A stretch of DNA of 64,000 bases, taken from the sequence record NC_047713.1; one strand, given 5' to 3'. Shown piece after piece: positions 30,450-39,025 of this stretch. Under the pieces are notes generated by a model. It was given only the letters and a program-made list of their open reading frames with translations. It ran no database searches and was not told where the DNA came from. Made by a program: the position numbers and the translations under genes. Positions within the stretch are counted from its first letter, which is position 1. Every line of letters begins with the position of its first letter.

Positions 30450-30529
30450 CAGTCCACAAACTGGCACACAGGGCTTGGCAACCCTCCAAAAAGGTGCTAT
30501 ACTATCTAAGTAACCAAAGGAAATGATTT
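30445..30529 (+). promoter_or_regulatory. Early element copy 2
   Basis: ggtgacagt-ccacaa-actggcaca; TTGGCA; TGC-TATACT. Confidence 0.85.
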
Positions 30530-30751
30530 ATGAAACCAGCAGAAATTCTCTACGAAATGCAATCCATTCGTAAAGTCTGGCATAATAATAATTTCGTTAT
30601 CAGTCCCGAACTAAACCGTCGCTATTGTGAACTTCTTAAACTCCGCCGTGAACGAGTTTCTCAATTCTATAAAGAGGGAAGGGTCGCTACAGGATCACAG
30701 ACCCCCGACCTCAAAGCCCGAGAAGCAGCCAGACAAGCCGAGGTTGGTTGA
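30530..30751 (+). CDS. Hypothetical early protein
   Basis: ATG after element leader with AAGGA RBS. Confidence 0.7.
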   Translation: MKPAEILYEMQSIRKVWHNNNFVISPELNRRYCELLKLRRERVSQFYKEGRVATGSQTPDLKAREAARQAEVG

Positions 30752-30755
30752 GCCT

Positions 30756-30995
30756 ATGCAGGAACTTCTAGATACTTTCTATACAACTCCCTATGGTGAT
30801 TTTGCCATTAGAAAGACTCGTTTCGGTGTTCATACCTCATATGATCGAGAGGGAACCGATTTGGTGACAGGTTTAGAGTGGATTGACGTATTCACCACCA
30901 CACCTTGTCACCTACAATGGGAGAAGGAGGGTTACAAACCCCCCGAAGGTACAGTTCAAGCAACCTATGATAGTGTAGTCTCTGGAAAACTCTAA
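30756..30995 (+). CDS. Hypothetical early protein (true start probably ATG 30756)
   Basis: MQELLDTFY...KTRFGVHTSYDREG; the track's TTG extension overlaps the upstream gene. Confidence 0.65.
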   Translation: MQELLDTFYTTPYGDFAIRKTRFGVHTSYDREGTDLVTGLEWIDVFTTTPCHLQWEKEGYKPPEGTVQATYDSVVSGKL

Positions 30996-31342
30996 TGGAA
31001 GACCGAAAATCACAACTATACAGCATCATGTATGATGCTATCAGTGAACTAACTGAGCACGAGAGTGCTGAGGATATCTTTGACAATATTGTAGAGTATT
31101 TTGCTCTACGTGTTGAAGAAGCCCGTACTGAGGTTGATACTTACACGGATATGTTAAACGTATTCCGCAAAGACAACCCAGTGAGAGACGTTCCCGGTGC
31201 AGATCCATACAAGAGAACTGAATGGGAACAGGCATTTGGTGATATGGATGATATCAACCAAACATATATGCCATCAAACCAACATATTTGGAACGAGTTT
31301 CTTAAGAATATAAAATTCACGGACAATCAAGATACTAAATAA
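30995..31342 (+). CDS. Hypothetical protein
   Basis: 115-aa acidic ORF, coupled start. Confidence 0.65.
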   Translation: MEDRKSQLYSIMYDAISELTEHESAEDIFDNIVEYFALRVEEARTEVDTYTDMLNVFRKDNPVRDVPGADPYKRTEWEQAFGDMDDINQTYMPSNQHIWNEFLKNIKFTDNQDTK

Positions 31343-31362
31343 ACACTATCAGGAGAAAAGAG

Positions 31363-31560
31363 ATGACTACTGACCCAAACGATAAGTACGCTAAGTTCAA
31401 AGTACCATTTGGCACTAATGAACATCACGAAGATGATGAATGGGATCCCACAACTGAGGGTAAAATCTCTGATTGGCACAACCGACATCAAGATAAACTC
31501 TTAGATGAGTTTTGTGACACTCACCCAGGCGCACCCCAGTGTAAGGTGTTTGACGATTAA
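31363..31560 (+). CDS. cp12: CP12 Calvin-cycle inhibitor (AMG)
   Basis: C-terminal FCDTHPGAPQCKVFDD matches the CP12 C-x8-C-x2-(Y/F)DD motif; AGGAG RBS; CTAAATA at 31335. Confidence 0.88.
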   Translation: MTTDPNDKYAKFKVPFGTNEHHEDDEWDPTTEGKISDWHNRHQDKLLDEFCDTHPGAPQCKVFDD

Positions 31561-31612
31561 CAAAGTGGCACAAGACCACTTGACAGTACCACATTATTAG
31601 GTTACAGTACAT
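31549..31612 (+). promoter_or_regulatory. Early element copy 3 (degenerate left arm)
   Basis: tttgacgat-taacaa-agtggcaca; TTGACA-17-TACAGT. Confidence 0.65.
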
Positions 31613-31801
31613 TTGTTCAAGAGGTTTCTCATGACTACCGTTGTTGATTCAGAGGTTATCTTTGCTGACGCTTTCAGTGAAGATGGTATAGACTACGGAA
31701 CTGGTTATTATGTAACTAAGTTCTATAGCAATGGTATGACCGACCTATTTGGACCATACAATTTTGAGGAAGACGCCCTCAATCTTGCCACTGTTTATTG
31801 A
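31613..31801 (+). CDS. Hypothetical early protein
   Basis: Short acidic ORF; alternative ATG at 31631. Confidence 0.55.
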   Translation: MFKRFLMTTVVDSEVIFADAFSEDGIDYGTGYYVTKFYSNGMTDLFGPYNFEEDALNLATVY

Positions 31802-31817
31802 TTCCTTCCTTTTTATT

Positions 31818-31946
31818 ATGACTTTTGACACCTACGAAGACGAAAGTATCTTCACTATTCTCGGTATTGCCGAAGAAGGTGAAGAAGAAACAGAAAACCC
31901 CTATTCCACTGAGGATACTAAAACACTAAAAGAATATGGCTATTGA
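31818..31946 (+). CDS. Small acidic hypothetical protein
   Basis: MTFDTYEDESIFTILGIAEEGEEE...; ATG 31818 preferred over the track start. Confidence 0.5.
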   Translation: MTFDTYEDESIFTILGIAEEGEEETENPYSTEDTKTLKEYGY

Positions 31947-32019
31947 TTTCTCGTTCATTCTAGGTTTAGTTTTCATTTGGTTGGGACTAAATATTCGTAT
32001 AGTGAGAGAGGTTGAATAG
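31936..32019 (+). CDS. Tiny membrane peptide (27 aa)
   Basis: MAIDFSFILGLVFIWLGLNIRIVREVE fills the gap with overlaps at both ends. Confidence 0.4.
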   Translation: MAIDFSFILGLVFIWLGLNIRIVREVE

Positions 32020-32306
32020 TGGATTTTAGGGTCACAGTAAGAACCTACACCGGGGCAGTTAGAGTTGTCGAGGTGAGCAACATGCCGGACGAGGAGGCTG
32101 CCAGAGCGGAAGCTGTTGGTATGACTTTCGGTAAAGTTCTGCAGGTTGAGTGTTTAGATGAGATCCCAGAACAATCCAAACCTAAAAAGAAAAGAGGACC
32201 AGTTCAAGAGATTGAACGAGAACTTAGACCAGGTGAAACAGAAACAATCGTAACAGGTTACAATAGCAACCCGTTGGCAGTGTTTTTCACTTTAGATGTT
32301 TTTTAG
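32019..32306 (+). CDS. Hypothetical protein
   Basis: 95-aa ORF with GTG start coupled to the upstream stop. Confidence 0.55.
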   Translation: MDFRVTVRTYTGAVRVVEVSNMPDEEAARAEAVGMTFGKVLQVECLDEIPEQSKPKKKRGPVQEIERELRPGETETIVTGYNSNPLAVFFTLDVF

Positions 32307-32359
32307 GGGTTGACACACCCCTTTTTTTGTGCTATACTTATACTAATCGCAGGAGATTA
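32306..32359 (+). promoter_or_regulatory. Hairpin promoter without palindrome (element variant 4)
   Basis: GGGG-TTGACA-CA-CCCC-T-tract-GTGC-TATACT; AGGAG RBS. Confidence 0.75.
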
Positions 32360-32626
32360 ATGGAAGAAAACATGTCGATTTCGACAGAACTTCTAACCAG
32401 CATAAACGACGCTATGTATGTTGCTACTAACAACGCAGCTACTTACATGCATGGTGATAGAGGTGCTGACGCTATGTGTCTCCTAAACGAGTGGACTACA
32501 GAGGATGGTGAATGTTTACTCACACAATATGCAAAGGGTGAAGTATGTGAGCACATGGGAACTTTCATGTTTATCAACCTAGAAGAAGAAACATGGGGTG
32601 AGTTTATTATATCCGATGATGAGTAA
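32360..32626 (+). CDS. Hypothetical early protein
   Basis: ATG 32360 after AGGAG. Confidence 0.65.
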   Translation: MEENMSISTELLTSINDAMYVATNNAATYMHGDRGADAMCLLNEWTTEDGECLLTQYAKGEVCEHMGTFMFINLEEETWGEFIISDDE

Positions 32627-32873
32627 ACTATATACTACAGACAATTATTCAGGTACAATGAACCTAACTGAACATCAAAAGATTCAACTCTCACAATTTA
32701 TTCATGAGTCGTTCTCTACATTCTATGAGGAGGAACTAAAGTTTCAAGTAGAAACTCTAAAAGATGATGATAAGTTGGATTGGACTTATACAATCACACC
32801 AAGAGACTCAGGGGAGATTTATGATAAGGTTCAGGAATTATTCACACTGGAAAGGCGTGTGACAGTAGAATAA
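32616..32873 (+). CDS. Hypothetical early protein
   Basis: Overlapping ATG; ends V-T-V-E inside the next palindrome. Confidence 0.6.
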   Translation: MMSKLYTTDNYSGTMNLTEHQKIQLSQFIHESFSTFYEEELKFQVETLKDDDKLDWTYTITPRDSGEIYDKVQELFTLERRVTVE

Positions 32874-32938
32874 GTGACACAAGGGGGTTGGCAAACCCCC
32901 TTTTTGCTGCCATAATATACTCATACACACAAAGACCC
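32858..32938 (+). promoter_or_regulatory. Early element copy 5
   Basis: tgtgacagt-agaata-agtgacaca; GGGGG-TTGGCA-AA-CCCCC; TGC-CATAAT. Confidence 0.85.
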
Positions 32939-33067
32939 ATGAACGTCCCCAACTGGCAGAAGCACTCCAAGAAAGACCAGAAGGGTCGCGGAGTGAGCAA
33001 GGGTCAGATGAGAGCCCGCAAACAGGCTCTACGTGCCCTAAAGGCAAAGCTCCTTGTGACAGTCTAG
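32939..33067 (+). CDS. Small basic protein (42 aa; absent from track)
   Basis: MNVPNWQKHSKKDQKGRGVSKGQMRARKQALRALKAKLLVTV, lying exactly between two elements. Confidence 0.75.
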   Translation: MNVPNWQKHSKKDQKGRGVSKGQMRARKQALRALKAKLLVTV

Positions 33068-33137
33068 GAAGTGGCACAAGCCCCCTAGGCAAGACCCTCA
33101 AACCCTGCTATACTAAACACATACAAAGGAAACCACC
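33055..33137 (+). promoter_or_regulatory. Early element copy 6
   Basis: tgtgacagt-ctagga-agtggcaca; TAGGCA; TGC-TATACT. Confidence 0.88.
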
Positions 33138-33551
33138 ATGGCTCGTCACTCTGAAGTTCTCATCCAAGGCACCGAGGTTCCCGGTCTTCGCATGATCGTA
33201 ACCGTTCCAGTCGATCACACCTGGGCATCAGAAACCGCCGAGAGCATCTATGGATTTGGTGGCAACACCCAATATATCTGGCGGAAGTCTTGGGAGACTA
33301 ACCAACCCGCCCCCCGTGGTGGTGGTTCCTCCTCCTCCTCTGGCATGGGTCCTGGAGCTATCCTGATGGGGATGATTGGTCTTATCCTGGTTGCTGGTAT
33401 TGGTTCCGCCTTCGAGGGTAACGACACCCCCTCAGCTCCTTCCTATGACGCTCCCGCACCTGTTGAGAGGACATATGTTCCACAGGCACCAGCAGCAACA
33501 TCCTCCTACGATAACGGTCCTTGCCTCACAGCTAACTTTGAACCTTGTTAA
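33138..33551 (+). CDS. Hypothetical membrane protein
   Basis: One TM segment (AILMGMIGLILVAGIGS) and a P/A-rich C-terminal part. Confidence 0.7.
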   Translation: MARHSEVLIQGTEVPGLRMIVTVPVDHTWASETAESIYGFGGNTQYIWRKSWETNQPAPRGGGSSSSSGMGPGAILMGMIGLILVAGIGSAFEGNDTPSAPSYDAPAPVERTYVPQAPAATSSYDNGPCLTANFEPC

Positions 33552-33552
33552 T

Positions 33553-33726
33553 ATGAAAGACTTTCGTCCCCCACATCACACCACTACTAAAGAAGAGTGG
33601 GAGTTTATTTTCCAAACACAGATACATAACTGCGCCCAACTAAAGAACACAGAACTCCAACGTTTTGTGTGTGTAGATAGTATGGGCAACAAAACTACCA
33701 AATACGTTATCGAATACAATGACTGA
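33553..33726 (+). CDS. Hypothetical protein
   Basis: MKDFRPPHHTTTKEEWEF...; ATG 33553 preferred. Confidence 0.55.
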   Translation: MKDFRPPHHTTTKEEWEFIFQTQIHNCAQLKNTELQRFVCVDSMGNKTTKYVIEYND

Positions 33727-34009
33727 AAAAGAAGTAGAGCTACACTTTGGGAGTGAGTATGAGGCTGGCATTGACTATGGGGATAGTGATGATTCAGACA
33801 TTTTAGACTACACCAAAGAAGTAAGTGTCACACTAACCCGTTCAGATTGGAATTGGTTTGTTACACTGATGTCAGACTCCGTTAATAAGATGGAGGCTGC
33901 AGTTTCTGCACAAGGTATGGATGCTGAGTCCTTCCTTTCTATTGATGTTCTTCGCACTATTCGTAATGAAATCGCAACTCAGAGTGGACTCACTCAATAT
34001 ATTGATTGA
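33719..34009 (+). CDS. Hypothetical acidic protein
   Basis: 96-aa ORF, coupled start. Confidence 0.6.
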   Translation: MTEKEVELHFGSEYEAGIDYGDSDDSDILDYTKEVSVTLTRSDWNWFVTLMSDSVNKMEAAVSAQGMDAESFLSIDVLRTIRNEIATQSGLTQYID

Positions 34010-34283
34010 GATGCCAGTGGTGGCACCTAAAGGGTATCACTATGAGGCAGTAGAACACAAACAAAATGTAGTGTCTATTTGGTTATGTGGAGGTCCAACA
34101 TACCTCTACAAGATGGGAGAAACTGCTAGAACTATCCACTCCTTCTATAATATTAAGAAGAAAACCTGGTATGCACCTATCAACTGCAAGAAGCCAGGTA
34201 AGGAGGTATCAGTGGATAAGATACGACCTTACACATCAATGCAACTGAACTACAACCCTCTGGAGATGCTACTATATGGCTAA
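34002..34283 (+). CDS. Hypothetical cyanophage protein
   Basis: APKGYHYEAVEHKQNVVSIWL...YTSMQLNYNPLE; start TTG 34002 or ATG 34011. Confidence 0.65.
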   Translation: MIEMPVVAPKGYHYEAVEHKQNVVSIWLCGGPTYLYKMGETARTIHSFYNIKKKTWYAPINCKKPGKEVSVDKIRPYTSMQLNYNPLEMLLYG

Positions 34284-34318
34284 ATATATGTTATAATATC
34301 ATAACATATATCACGAAT

Positions 34319-34540
34319 ATGAAGTCCAAAGACCAATACAAGAAAGAGTTTCAATTCACACTGAATACATCCGATGATAAGATCGCGGAAGAGAATATTC
34401 TTCACGATTTCGCCAGAGAGGTTTCAGTTATTGATGCTTTCCTACAGGGTGGGAAGGTATCACTAAAGGAGGCAAAACAGCGTATCAAAGATGTATACAA
34501 AGTGTGGAAGAACTCACTGAAAAACAACAACCAAATGTAA
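34319..34540 (+). CDS. Hypothetical protein
   Basis: 73-aa ORF; CTAAATA about 40 nt upstream. Confidence 0.6.
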   Translation: MKSKDQYKKEFQFTLNTSDDKIAEENILHDFAREVSVIDAFLQGGKVSLKEAKQRIKDVYKVWKNSLKNNNQM

Positions 34541-34927
34541 ATGGAACCTTTCCTGCGAATGGCTGTTGATGTAGCTGAGTCTTCACCTTCTAGAAAGAAG
34601 GTTGGAGCTGTTCTAATGAATAAGAACAAAGTTATAGCAACAGCCACAAATCATGATTGTAAATCACACCCTCTACAAGCAAAGTGGGCAGACCGTGTGG
34701 GACTATCTGAAAAGATATATCTACACGCTGAGATGTCAGCAATGATCAAAGCCCGTGATGACTCAGACAAAATCGTTGTAGTTAGACTAGGAGGACATTC
34801 TGGTCACGAACTACGACAATCACGTCCTTGTCCTATATGTGAATCATACCTGAAATATTCGGGTATTGAACACGTATATTATTCCACTGGGAATAACAAA
34901 TTTACCTATGAATACTGGGGGAAATGA
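34541..34927 (+). CDS. Zn-dependent cytidine/dCMP-deaminase-family protein
   Basis: KKVGAVLM, HAE and PCPIC motifs. Confidence 0.85.
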   Translation: MEPFLRMAVDVAESSPSRKKVGAVLMNKNKVIATATNHDCKSHPLQAKWADRVGLSEKIYLHAEMSAMIKARDDSDKIVVVRLGGHSGHELRQSRPCPICESYLKYSGIEHVYYSTGNNKFTYEYWGK

Positions 34928-35124
34928 TGGAAACGTTCACAGCAACTTGTCCCAAAGACTACGACAGACATCACTATTCAGTTGTCAACAAAGACGGCAC
35001 GAATAGGATGTTTAGTAGTTGGGAACTCGCACAGAGTTACTGGTGGCATACTAACAAACTTGGTACACTATCACACATCGATGTGATAGACTATAAAGAA
35101 CAATCAAGAGGTTTTGGAGCATGA
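34924..35124 (+). CDS. Hypothetical protein
   Basis: ATGA-coupled 66-aa ORF. Confidence 0.6.
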   Translation: MMETFTATCPKDYDRHHYSVVNKDGTNRMFSSWELAQSYWWHTNKLGTLSHIDVIDYKEQSRGFGA

Positions 35125-35339
35125 ACATGTTGGGTAAACAATCAGAGACTGGGATGAAAGTAACCTTTCTTGGTTATATCCCAGAACAAGTGAAGTTCGC
35201 AGGATCGGACACACCAGACAAACTGAATACCACTACAACATATACCATTGAACAGGTAAAACGATTCAACTCGTATACCAAGATCAAACTAGTTGGTGAT
35301 GATCTGTGGTATAATTCAGTTCACTTTAGAGTTACTTAA
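35121..35339 (+). CDS. Hypothetical protein
   Basis: ATGA-coupled 72-aa ORF. Confidence 0.6.
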   Translation: MNMLGKQSETGMKVTFLGYIPEQVKFAGSDTPDKLNTTTTYTIEQVKRFNSYTKIKLVGDDLWYNSVHFRVT

Positions 35340-35539
35340 TGGATAACATCTATGGGCGTGAGTATCACAGACATGCTGTTGATTACGCTCTGATGATAGG
35401 TGAGTTAGAAGGAACTTACACTCACCTGAAACGAATGTCTTACTTTGAGGATGCTGCTATCCTTGAAGAAATGAAGAAACGTTACTACAAGATCTACTTC
35501 CGTACCTTACGTGAAGAAAGAGAAAAAGCAGAAAACTAA
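35339..35539 (+). CDS. Hypothetical protein
   Basis: TAATG-coupled 66-aa ORF. Confidence 0.65.
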   Translation: MDNIYGREYHRHAVDYALMIGELEGTYTHLKRMSYFEDAAILEEMKKRYYKIYFRTLREEREKAEN

Positions 35540-35557
35540 CCTAATTGAGGATTTTGA

Positions 35558-35866
35558 ATGGTGTTAACTTGGACCGACGAAGAAAAGACAAACCTAACCC
35601 GTGCAGAGGTTAGTATTCATGGAGAGAATATCACTCCAGATAAACTAGACAACAAAACTCTACCAACAGATATTCACGTAGTTGAATATGAGATGGAAAG
35701 TGTAACTTACTACGACGCGGTTCGTGCATACAAGATGGTTAGTATCTTTGATGTTTATCACGATAAGCTAAAAGGTGGTGGTAAAGTTGTTAGAATCACC
35801 AATGGGTATGGTAGCATTAGACCTAACCTGTGGAACAGCAATAAGAGTGAGAAGGGTGATGAGTGA
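35558..35866 (+). CDS. Hypothetical cyanophage protein
   Basis: 102-aa ORF with GAGG RBS. Confidence 0.7.
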   Translation: MVLTWTDEEKTNLTRAEVSIHGENITPDKLDNKTLPTDIHVVEYEMESVTYYDAVRAYKMVSIFDVYHDKLKGGGKVVRITNGYGSIRPNLWNSNKSEKGDE

Positions 35867-36038
35867 GAGGAAGGCAGAGGACTGGATTAGTGAGTGGAAA
35901 GGAATGAATGATGAGTTCATTGAAGAAGACACTATGTTCAGACTTGACATTCCTTCCACTGAAAAGACACAAGAATGGATGGATAGAGAACCATTAATCT
36001 TAAAAGTAGATCACTCGAAGTATTATTTTGATGACTGA
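35859..36038 (+). CDS. Hypothetical protein
   Basis: ATG 35859 overlapping the upstream stop. Confidence 0.5.
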   Translation: MSERKAEDWISEWKGMNDEFIEEDTMFRLDIPSTEKTQEWMDREPLILKVDHSKYYFDD

Positions 36039-36237
36039 AGAAGATCCAATGATTAACTGGAAACAGAAGATGATTGAGCAGTGTGATGTAAACGGAATTG
36101 AAAAGCAACTATTACGTGAAGGTGCTACGTCATCTGTGACAGCAATGGGCATAATGTCACTAAAGAAACGATACAAAAGGATTATGGGTATTGATGATGA
36201 TCCAAAGCCACCTGTAGTCCAATATGCCTCATATTGA
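36028..36237 (+). CDS. Hypothetical protein
   Basis: 69-aa ORF; stop lies in the next palindrome arm. Confidence 0.6.
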   Translation: MMTEEDPMINWKQKMIEQCDVNGIEKQLLREGATSSVTAMGIMSLKKRYKRIMGIDDDPKPPVVQYASY

Positions 36238-36317
36238 CACCTGAATAACTGGCACAAGGGGGGTAGGCACCCCCCTTTTTTGTGCCATAATACAGAGGTA
36301 AACAACGGGAACCACCC
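36233..36317 (+). promoter_or_regulatory. Early element copy 7
   Basis: attgacacc-tgaata-actggcaca; GGGGGG-TAGGCA-CCCCCC-T-tract; TGC-CATAAT. Confidence 0.82.
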
Positions 36318-36695
36318 ATGCAACTACCTACCCCCCTGCTAAACAGAGGTTACACTATAAACGGCAATACTGCCAGTAGGGTATATCAGCACGGTTTTAG
36401 AGTAGAGTTAGAGGCACTAACTACCCTAAACATGCCCATAGGTTTACTAAACTATATTATAAACGAAAACGATATAGAGTGCCCCTGGGCACCAGCAGAT
36501 GTAGAGCAGTTTGATACTATCTGGCACTATACTGTTACAGATATTAGAGGTGAGATACTAGATAATACATATGGTTTTATAACCTATTATATGTTTGATA
36601 CTCTCAGAGAGATACATAACACACTAACAGATATTACAGTAGATAATGCGTTAGATATTATGAATGGCACATCTGAACTATATGCCACCTGCTAA
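36318..36695 (+). CDS. Hypothetical early protein
   Basis: 125-aa single-gene cassette between two elements. Confidence 0.7.
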   Translation: MQLPTPLLNRGYTINGNTASRVYQHGFRVELEALTTLNMPIGLLNYIINENDIECPWAPADVEQFDTIWHYTVTDIRGEILDNTYGFITYYMFDTLREIHNTLTDITVDNALDIMNGTSELYATC

Positions 36696-36762
36696 ACTGG
36701 CACAGGGGGGCTAGGCACAGCCCCCTACACCTGCTATACTAAACACATACCAAACCAATACT
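36681..36762 (+). promoter_or_regulatory. Early element copy 8
   Basis: tatgccacc-tgctaa-actggcaca; TAGGCA; TGC-TATACT. Confidence 0.82.
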
Positions 36763-36939
36763 ATGTTTGAATTGATGTTACTGGCGGGGGTGGCATTCAC
36801 ACCTCTCCAAGGATCAGAAACTATCAACCAGTTTTGTGCTGAAGTTGTTGGTATCCCATACGCCAGTGATAACTTCACTGATGAAGAATGGGAACGTTTT
36901 ACTTATTGTCGCGAATCTATCAAGGTACCTCAAAAATGA
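36763..36939 (+). CDS. Small exported/membrane protein (58 aa; absent from track)
   Basis: MFELMLLAGVAFTPLQGSETINQFCAEVVGIPYASDNFTDEEWERFTYCRESIKVPQK. Confidence 0.7.
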   Translation: MFELMLLAGVAFTPLQGSETINQFCAEVVGIPYASDNFTDEEWERFTYCRESIKVPQK

Positions 36940-37220
36940 AATCAGTTATGTCTGGCGTTTATGGTGCTCTAATTGGCACCGCTTCTGCTATTGTTGTATT
37001 TGCTGGGTTGGAGTTCTTCTTCCCTACTCAAGATACATACACAGTTGATCTCAACAAAAGAGAAACTACTTCCCTAAAGATGTCTGTTATTCGCACACCC
37101 TGTGGATATGATTATTGTTTCATTCCTGCTATCAAGGAAGGAGAAGCAATTGAGATTGAAACACATAACCCAAACCCTGAGCCCGGTTTCCTTCGCCCTG
37201 TAGAATCTACTGATTACTGA
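36936..37220 (+). CDS. Hypothetical membrane-anchored protein
   Basis: ATGA-coupled start; N-terminal TM segment. Confidence 0.6.
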   Translation: MKSVMSGVYGALIGTASAIVVFAGLEFFFPTQDTYTVDLNKRETTSLKMSVIRTPCGYDYCFIPAIKEGEAIEIETHNPNPEPGFLRPVESTDY

Positions 37221-37221
37221 T

Positions 37222-37431
37222 ATGGATTATCAACCCCCAACTCTCTGTATTCGGAGTATTGAACCAGCTGCAACTCCCGGTAGGTTCTTGTTAGATATGC
37301 CTTCACTTTGGAGAGAACCAGGAGCATTAGAGGTGGATCAATATACCATCGATTATGTTACTGGTGGGAAATATGAGGTTCCTAAATGTCCCCCAGGTTA
37401 TCCAAATCCACCAACCCCCGATACACAATGA
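37222..37431 (+). CDS. Hypothetical Pro-rich protein
   Basis: 69-aa ORF. Confidence 0.55.
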   Translation: MDYQPPTLCIRSIEPAATPGRFLLDMPSLWREPGALEVDQYTIDYVTGGKYEVPKCPPGYPNPPTPDTQ

Positions 37432-37498
37432 CACCCGAAGAATTTGAAGAGAACGCAAGAATTATCACGGGTGACCCAACATGGTCCCTAGATGATGA

Positions 37499-37617
37499 TG
37501 TGACAGATGGGGAAGTGGCACACGCTTCCCCGCAAACCCCCTGAAACCTGTTATCTTATAGGAGTGGAGGGGATACACCCCCCACACCAAACAAACCCCG
37601 TACAACCCCTTCTAAGT
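37499..37617 (+). promoter_or_regulatory. Early element copy 9 (long-leader class)
   Basis: tgtgacaga-tgggga-agtggcaca; GGGGAAGTG/CGCTTCCCC hairpin; TGT-TATCTT. Confidence 0.75.
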
Positions 37618-37968
37618 ATGAATCTCAAGGCACTGGCACTCACTTCCGTTCTCGCCGTTGGTGGCATCTTTGGATCAGTTGCACCAGCCTCAGCTGGCAC
37701 CTGTTGGTTTGAAAACTACAGTGGTAGTTTGTCTCCAACATATTGTTCCACATATGTTAGGACTAACGCTAACGGACACAGGGTTGTGGATGTTGTTGAC
37801 TATGAAGGAACCGAAATGACGTTGGTATTCTGGACTGATAGTTCAGTTGAGATTCTCTACACTAACGGGCAATACAACGGACAAAGAGTTGTAGCAACTT
37901 GGTACTTCGATGATGATGGTGACCGTCGTATCTACGTTGGTGACTTTGAAATGAGTCTCCGAGTTTGA
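37618..37968 (+). CDS. Exported Cys-pair beta protein (paralog of 49635-49988)
   Basis: MNLKALALTSVLAVGGIFGSVAPASA signal peptide; CWF...C; W.FDDDGD...RV. Confidence 0.7.
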   Translation: MNLKALALTSVLAVGGIFGSVAPASAGTCWFENYSGSLSPTYCSTYVRTNANGHRVVDVVDYEGTEMTLVFWTDSSVEILYTNGQYNGQRVVATWYFDDDGDRRIYVGDFEMSLRV

Positions 37969-37975
37969 TAACACT

Positions 37976-38000
37976 GGAGGGTTTATAACCCTCCTTTTTT
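37976..38000 (+). terminator. Rho-independent terminator
   Basis: GGAGGGTT-TAT-AACCCTCC followed by T6. Confidence 0.8.
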
Positions 38001-38008
38001 ATGCCATG

Positions 38009-38037
38009 TTGCCATTGTAGTTGATATCTGTTATAAT
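38009..38037 (+). promoter_or_regulatory. Sigma70-like promoter without palindrome
   Basis: TTGCCA-17-TATAAT with extended TG. Confidence 0.75.
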
Positions 38038-38062
38038 ACCTTTGTCAGGATGAATTGGGATT

Positions 38063-38332
38063 ATGAAGCGCAAAGCAACAAGAAACTTTGATCTACGAAT
38101 TCGGTTGGATAACAACAAATGGAAGGTAGTTAAGTTAGAAGAAGGTAAGGTTATTACCCCAGCTAAGTTGAAAGAACTAAACCCCCGGCAGATAAGAGAT
38201 TACACTGAGCCAGTTGGTGAAGTTGATTTAAGTTTTCTATCAACAGAAGATAAGCGTTACTACCGTAAACATAAGTCTAATCCAGATATGGATTGGGCTC
38301 TAGATATTCTCTCCTACCCCCCAACTAAATGA
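38063..38332 (+). CDS. Hypothetical basic protein
   Basis: 89-aa ORF after a sigma70-like promoter. Confidence 0.6.
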   Translation: MKRKATRNFDLRIRLDNNKWKVVKLEEGKVITPAKLKELNPRQIRDYTEPVGEVDLSFLSTEDKRYYRKHKSNPDMDWALDILSYPPTK

Positions 38333-38493
38333 AAAGCAACTACCTTCTTCTAATGTCTCACTGGAAACGAGCAATGACTATGGGTAAGAAACAAGAAGCT
38401 GAAGACCTTATGTTACAAATCAAGGAGATAGTTTCTTCTGGTAATGTAACAGATAGGGAGTTGACAGCAGGTAAGTTTATTGGTTGGCGTTGA
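38329..38493 (+). CDS. Small hypothetical protein (54 aa)
   Basis: ATGA-coupled; MKSNYLLLMSHWKRAM... Confidence 0.55.
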   Translation: MKSNYLLLMSHWKRAMTMGKKQEAEDLMLQIKEIVSSGNVTDRELTAGKFIGWR

Positions 38494-38504
38494 TGTGTTA
38501 TAAT

Positions 38505-38529
38505 GGGGAGAGAAATCTCCCCTTTTTTT
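38505..38529 (+). terminator. Hairpin plus T-tract just before the HNH gene
   Basis: GGGGAGA-GAAA-TCTCCCC-T7. Confidence 0.65.
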
Positions 38530-38997
38530 ATGACAAGAGATTGGACTGGATATAAGAATGGAAAGCTCACTACTTTATATCAAGATGGAAGACATCCCAA
38601 AAGAAATGAAAGAATGTGGATGTGTGAGTGTGAATGTGGGAAAAGAAAGAGAGTTGCACAGAGTAAATTAAAGCAAACAAAATCTTGTGGTTGTAACAGA
38701 GGACCTAACAGCAATCCAAATGGGAATAACAATCACCCACTATACACAACTTGGTATGGAATGAAAACTAGATGCCTAAACCAGAATACCGGTAATTATA
38801 TGCGTTATGGTGGTAGGGGAATAACAATCTGTGAGGAGTGGAGAGATAACTTTCAGGCGTTTGTTGATTATGTTGGAGAGCGCCCAGAGGGACACACTTT
38901 GGATAGAATAAACAATGATGGTAACTACGAGCCAGGAAATGTTAGGTGGGCTACATCACAACAACAGGCACTAAACAGGCGTAACAACATTCACTAA
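38530..38997 (+). CDS. HNH homing endonuclease
   Basis: WMCECECG..SCGC; HPLYTTWYGMKTRC...YGGRGITIC..W...TLDRINNDGNYEPGNVRWAT. Confidence 0.9.
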   Translation: MTRDWTGYKNGKLTTLYQDGRHPKRNERMWMCECECGKRKRVAQSKLKQTKSCGCNRGPNSNPNGNNNHPLYTTWYGMKTRCLNQNTGNYMRYGGRGITICEEWRDNFQAFVDYVGERPEGHTLDRINNDGNYEPGNVRWATSQQQALNRRNNIH

Positions 38998-39025
38998 CAC
39001 ATTTTCCCTTATTTGACAAGCAGTG

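Noticed and set aside
34011-34028. TGCCAGTGGTGGCAC resembling a collapsed element
   Set aside because: Within coding sequence, wrong spacing, no downstream -10 or leader.
38349-38369. GTCTCACTGGAAAC shared with 54706-54719
   Set aside because: A single 14-nt match, one copy inside an ORF, with no shared flanks; could be chance.
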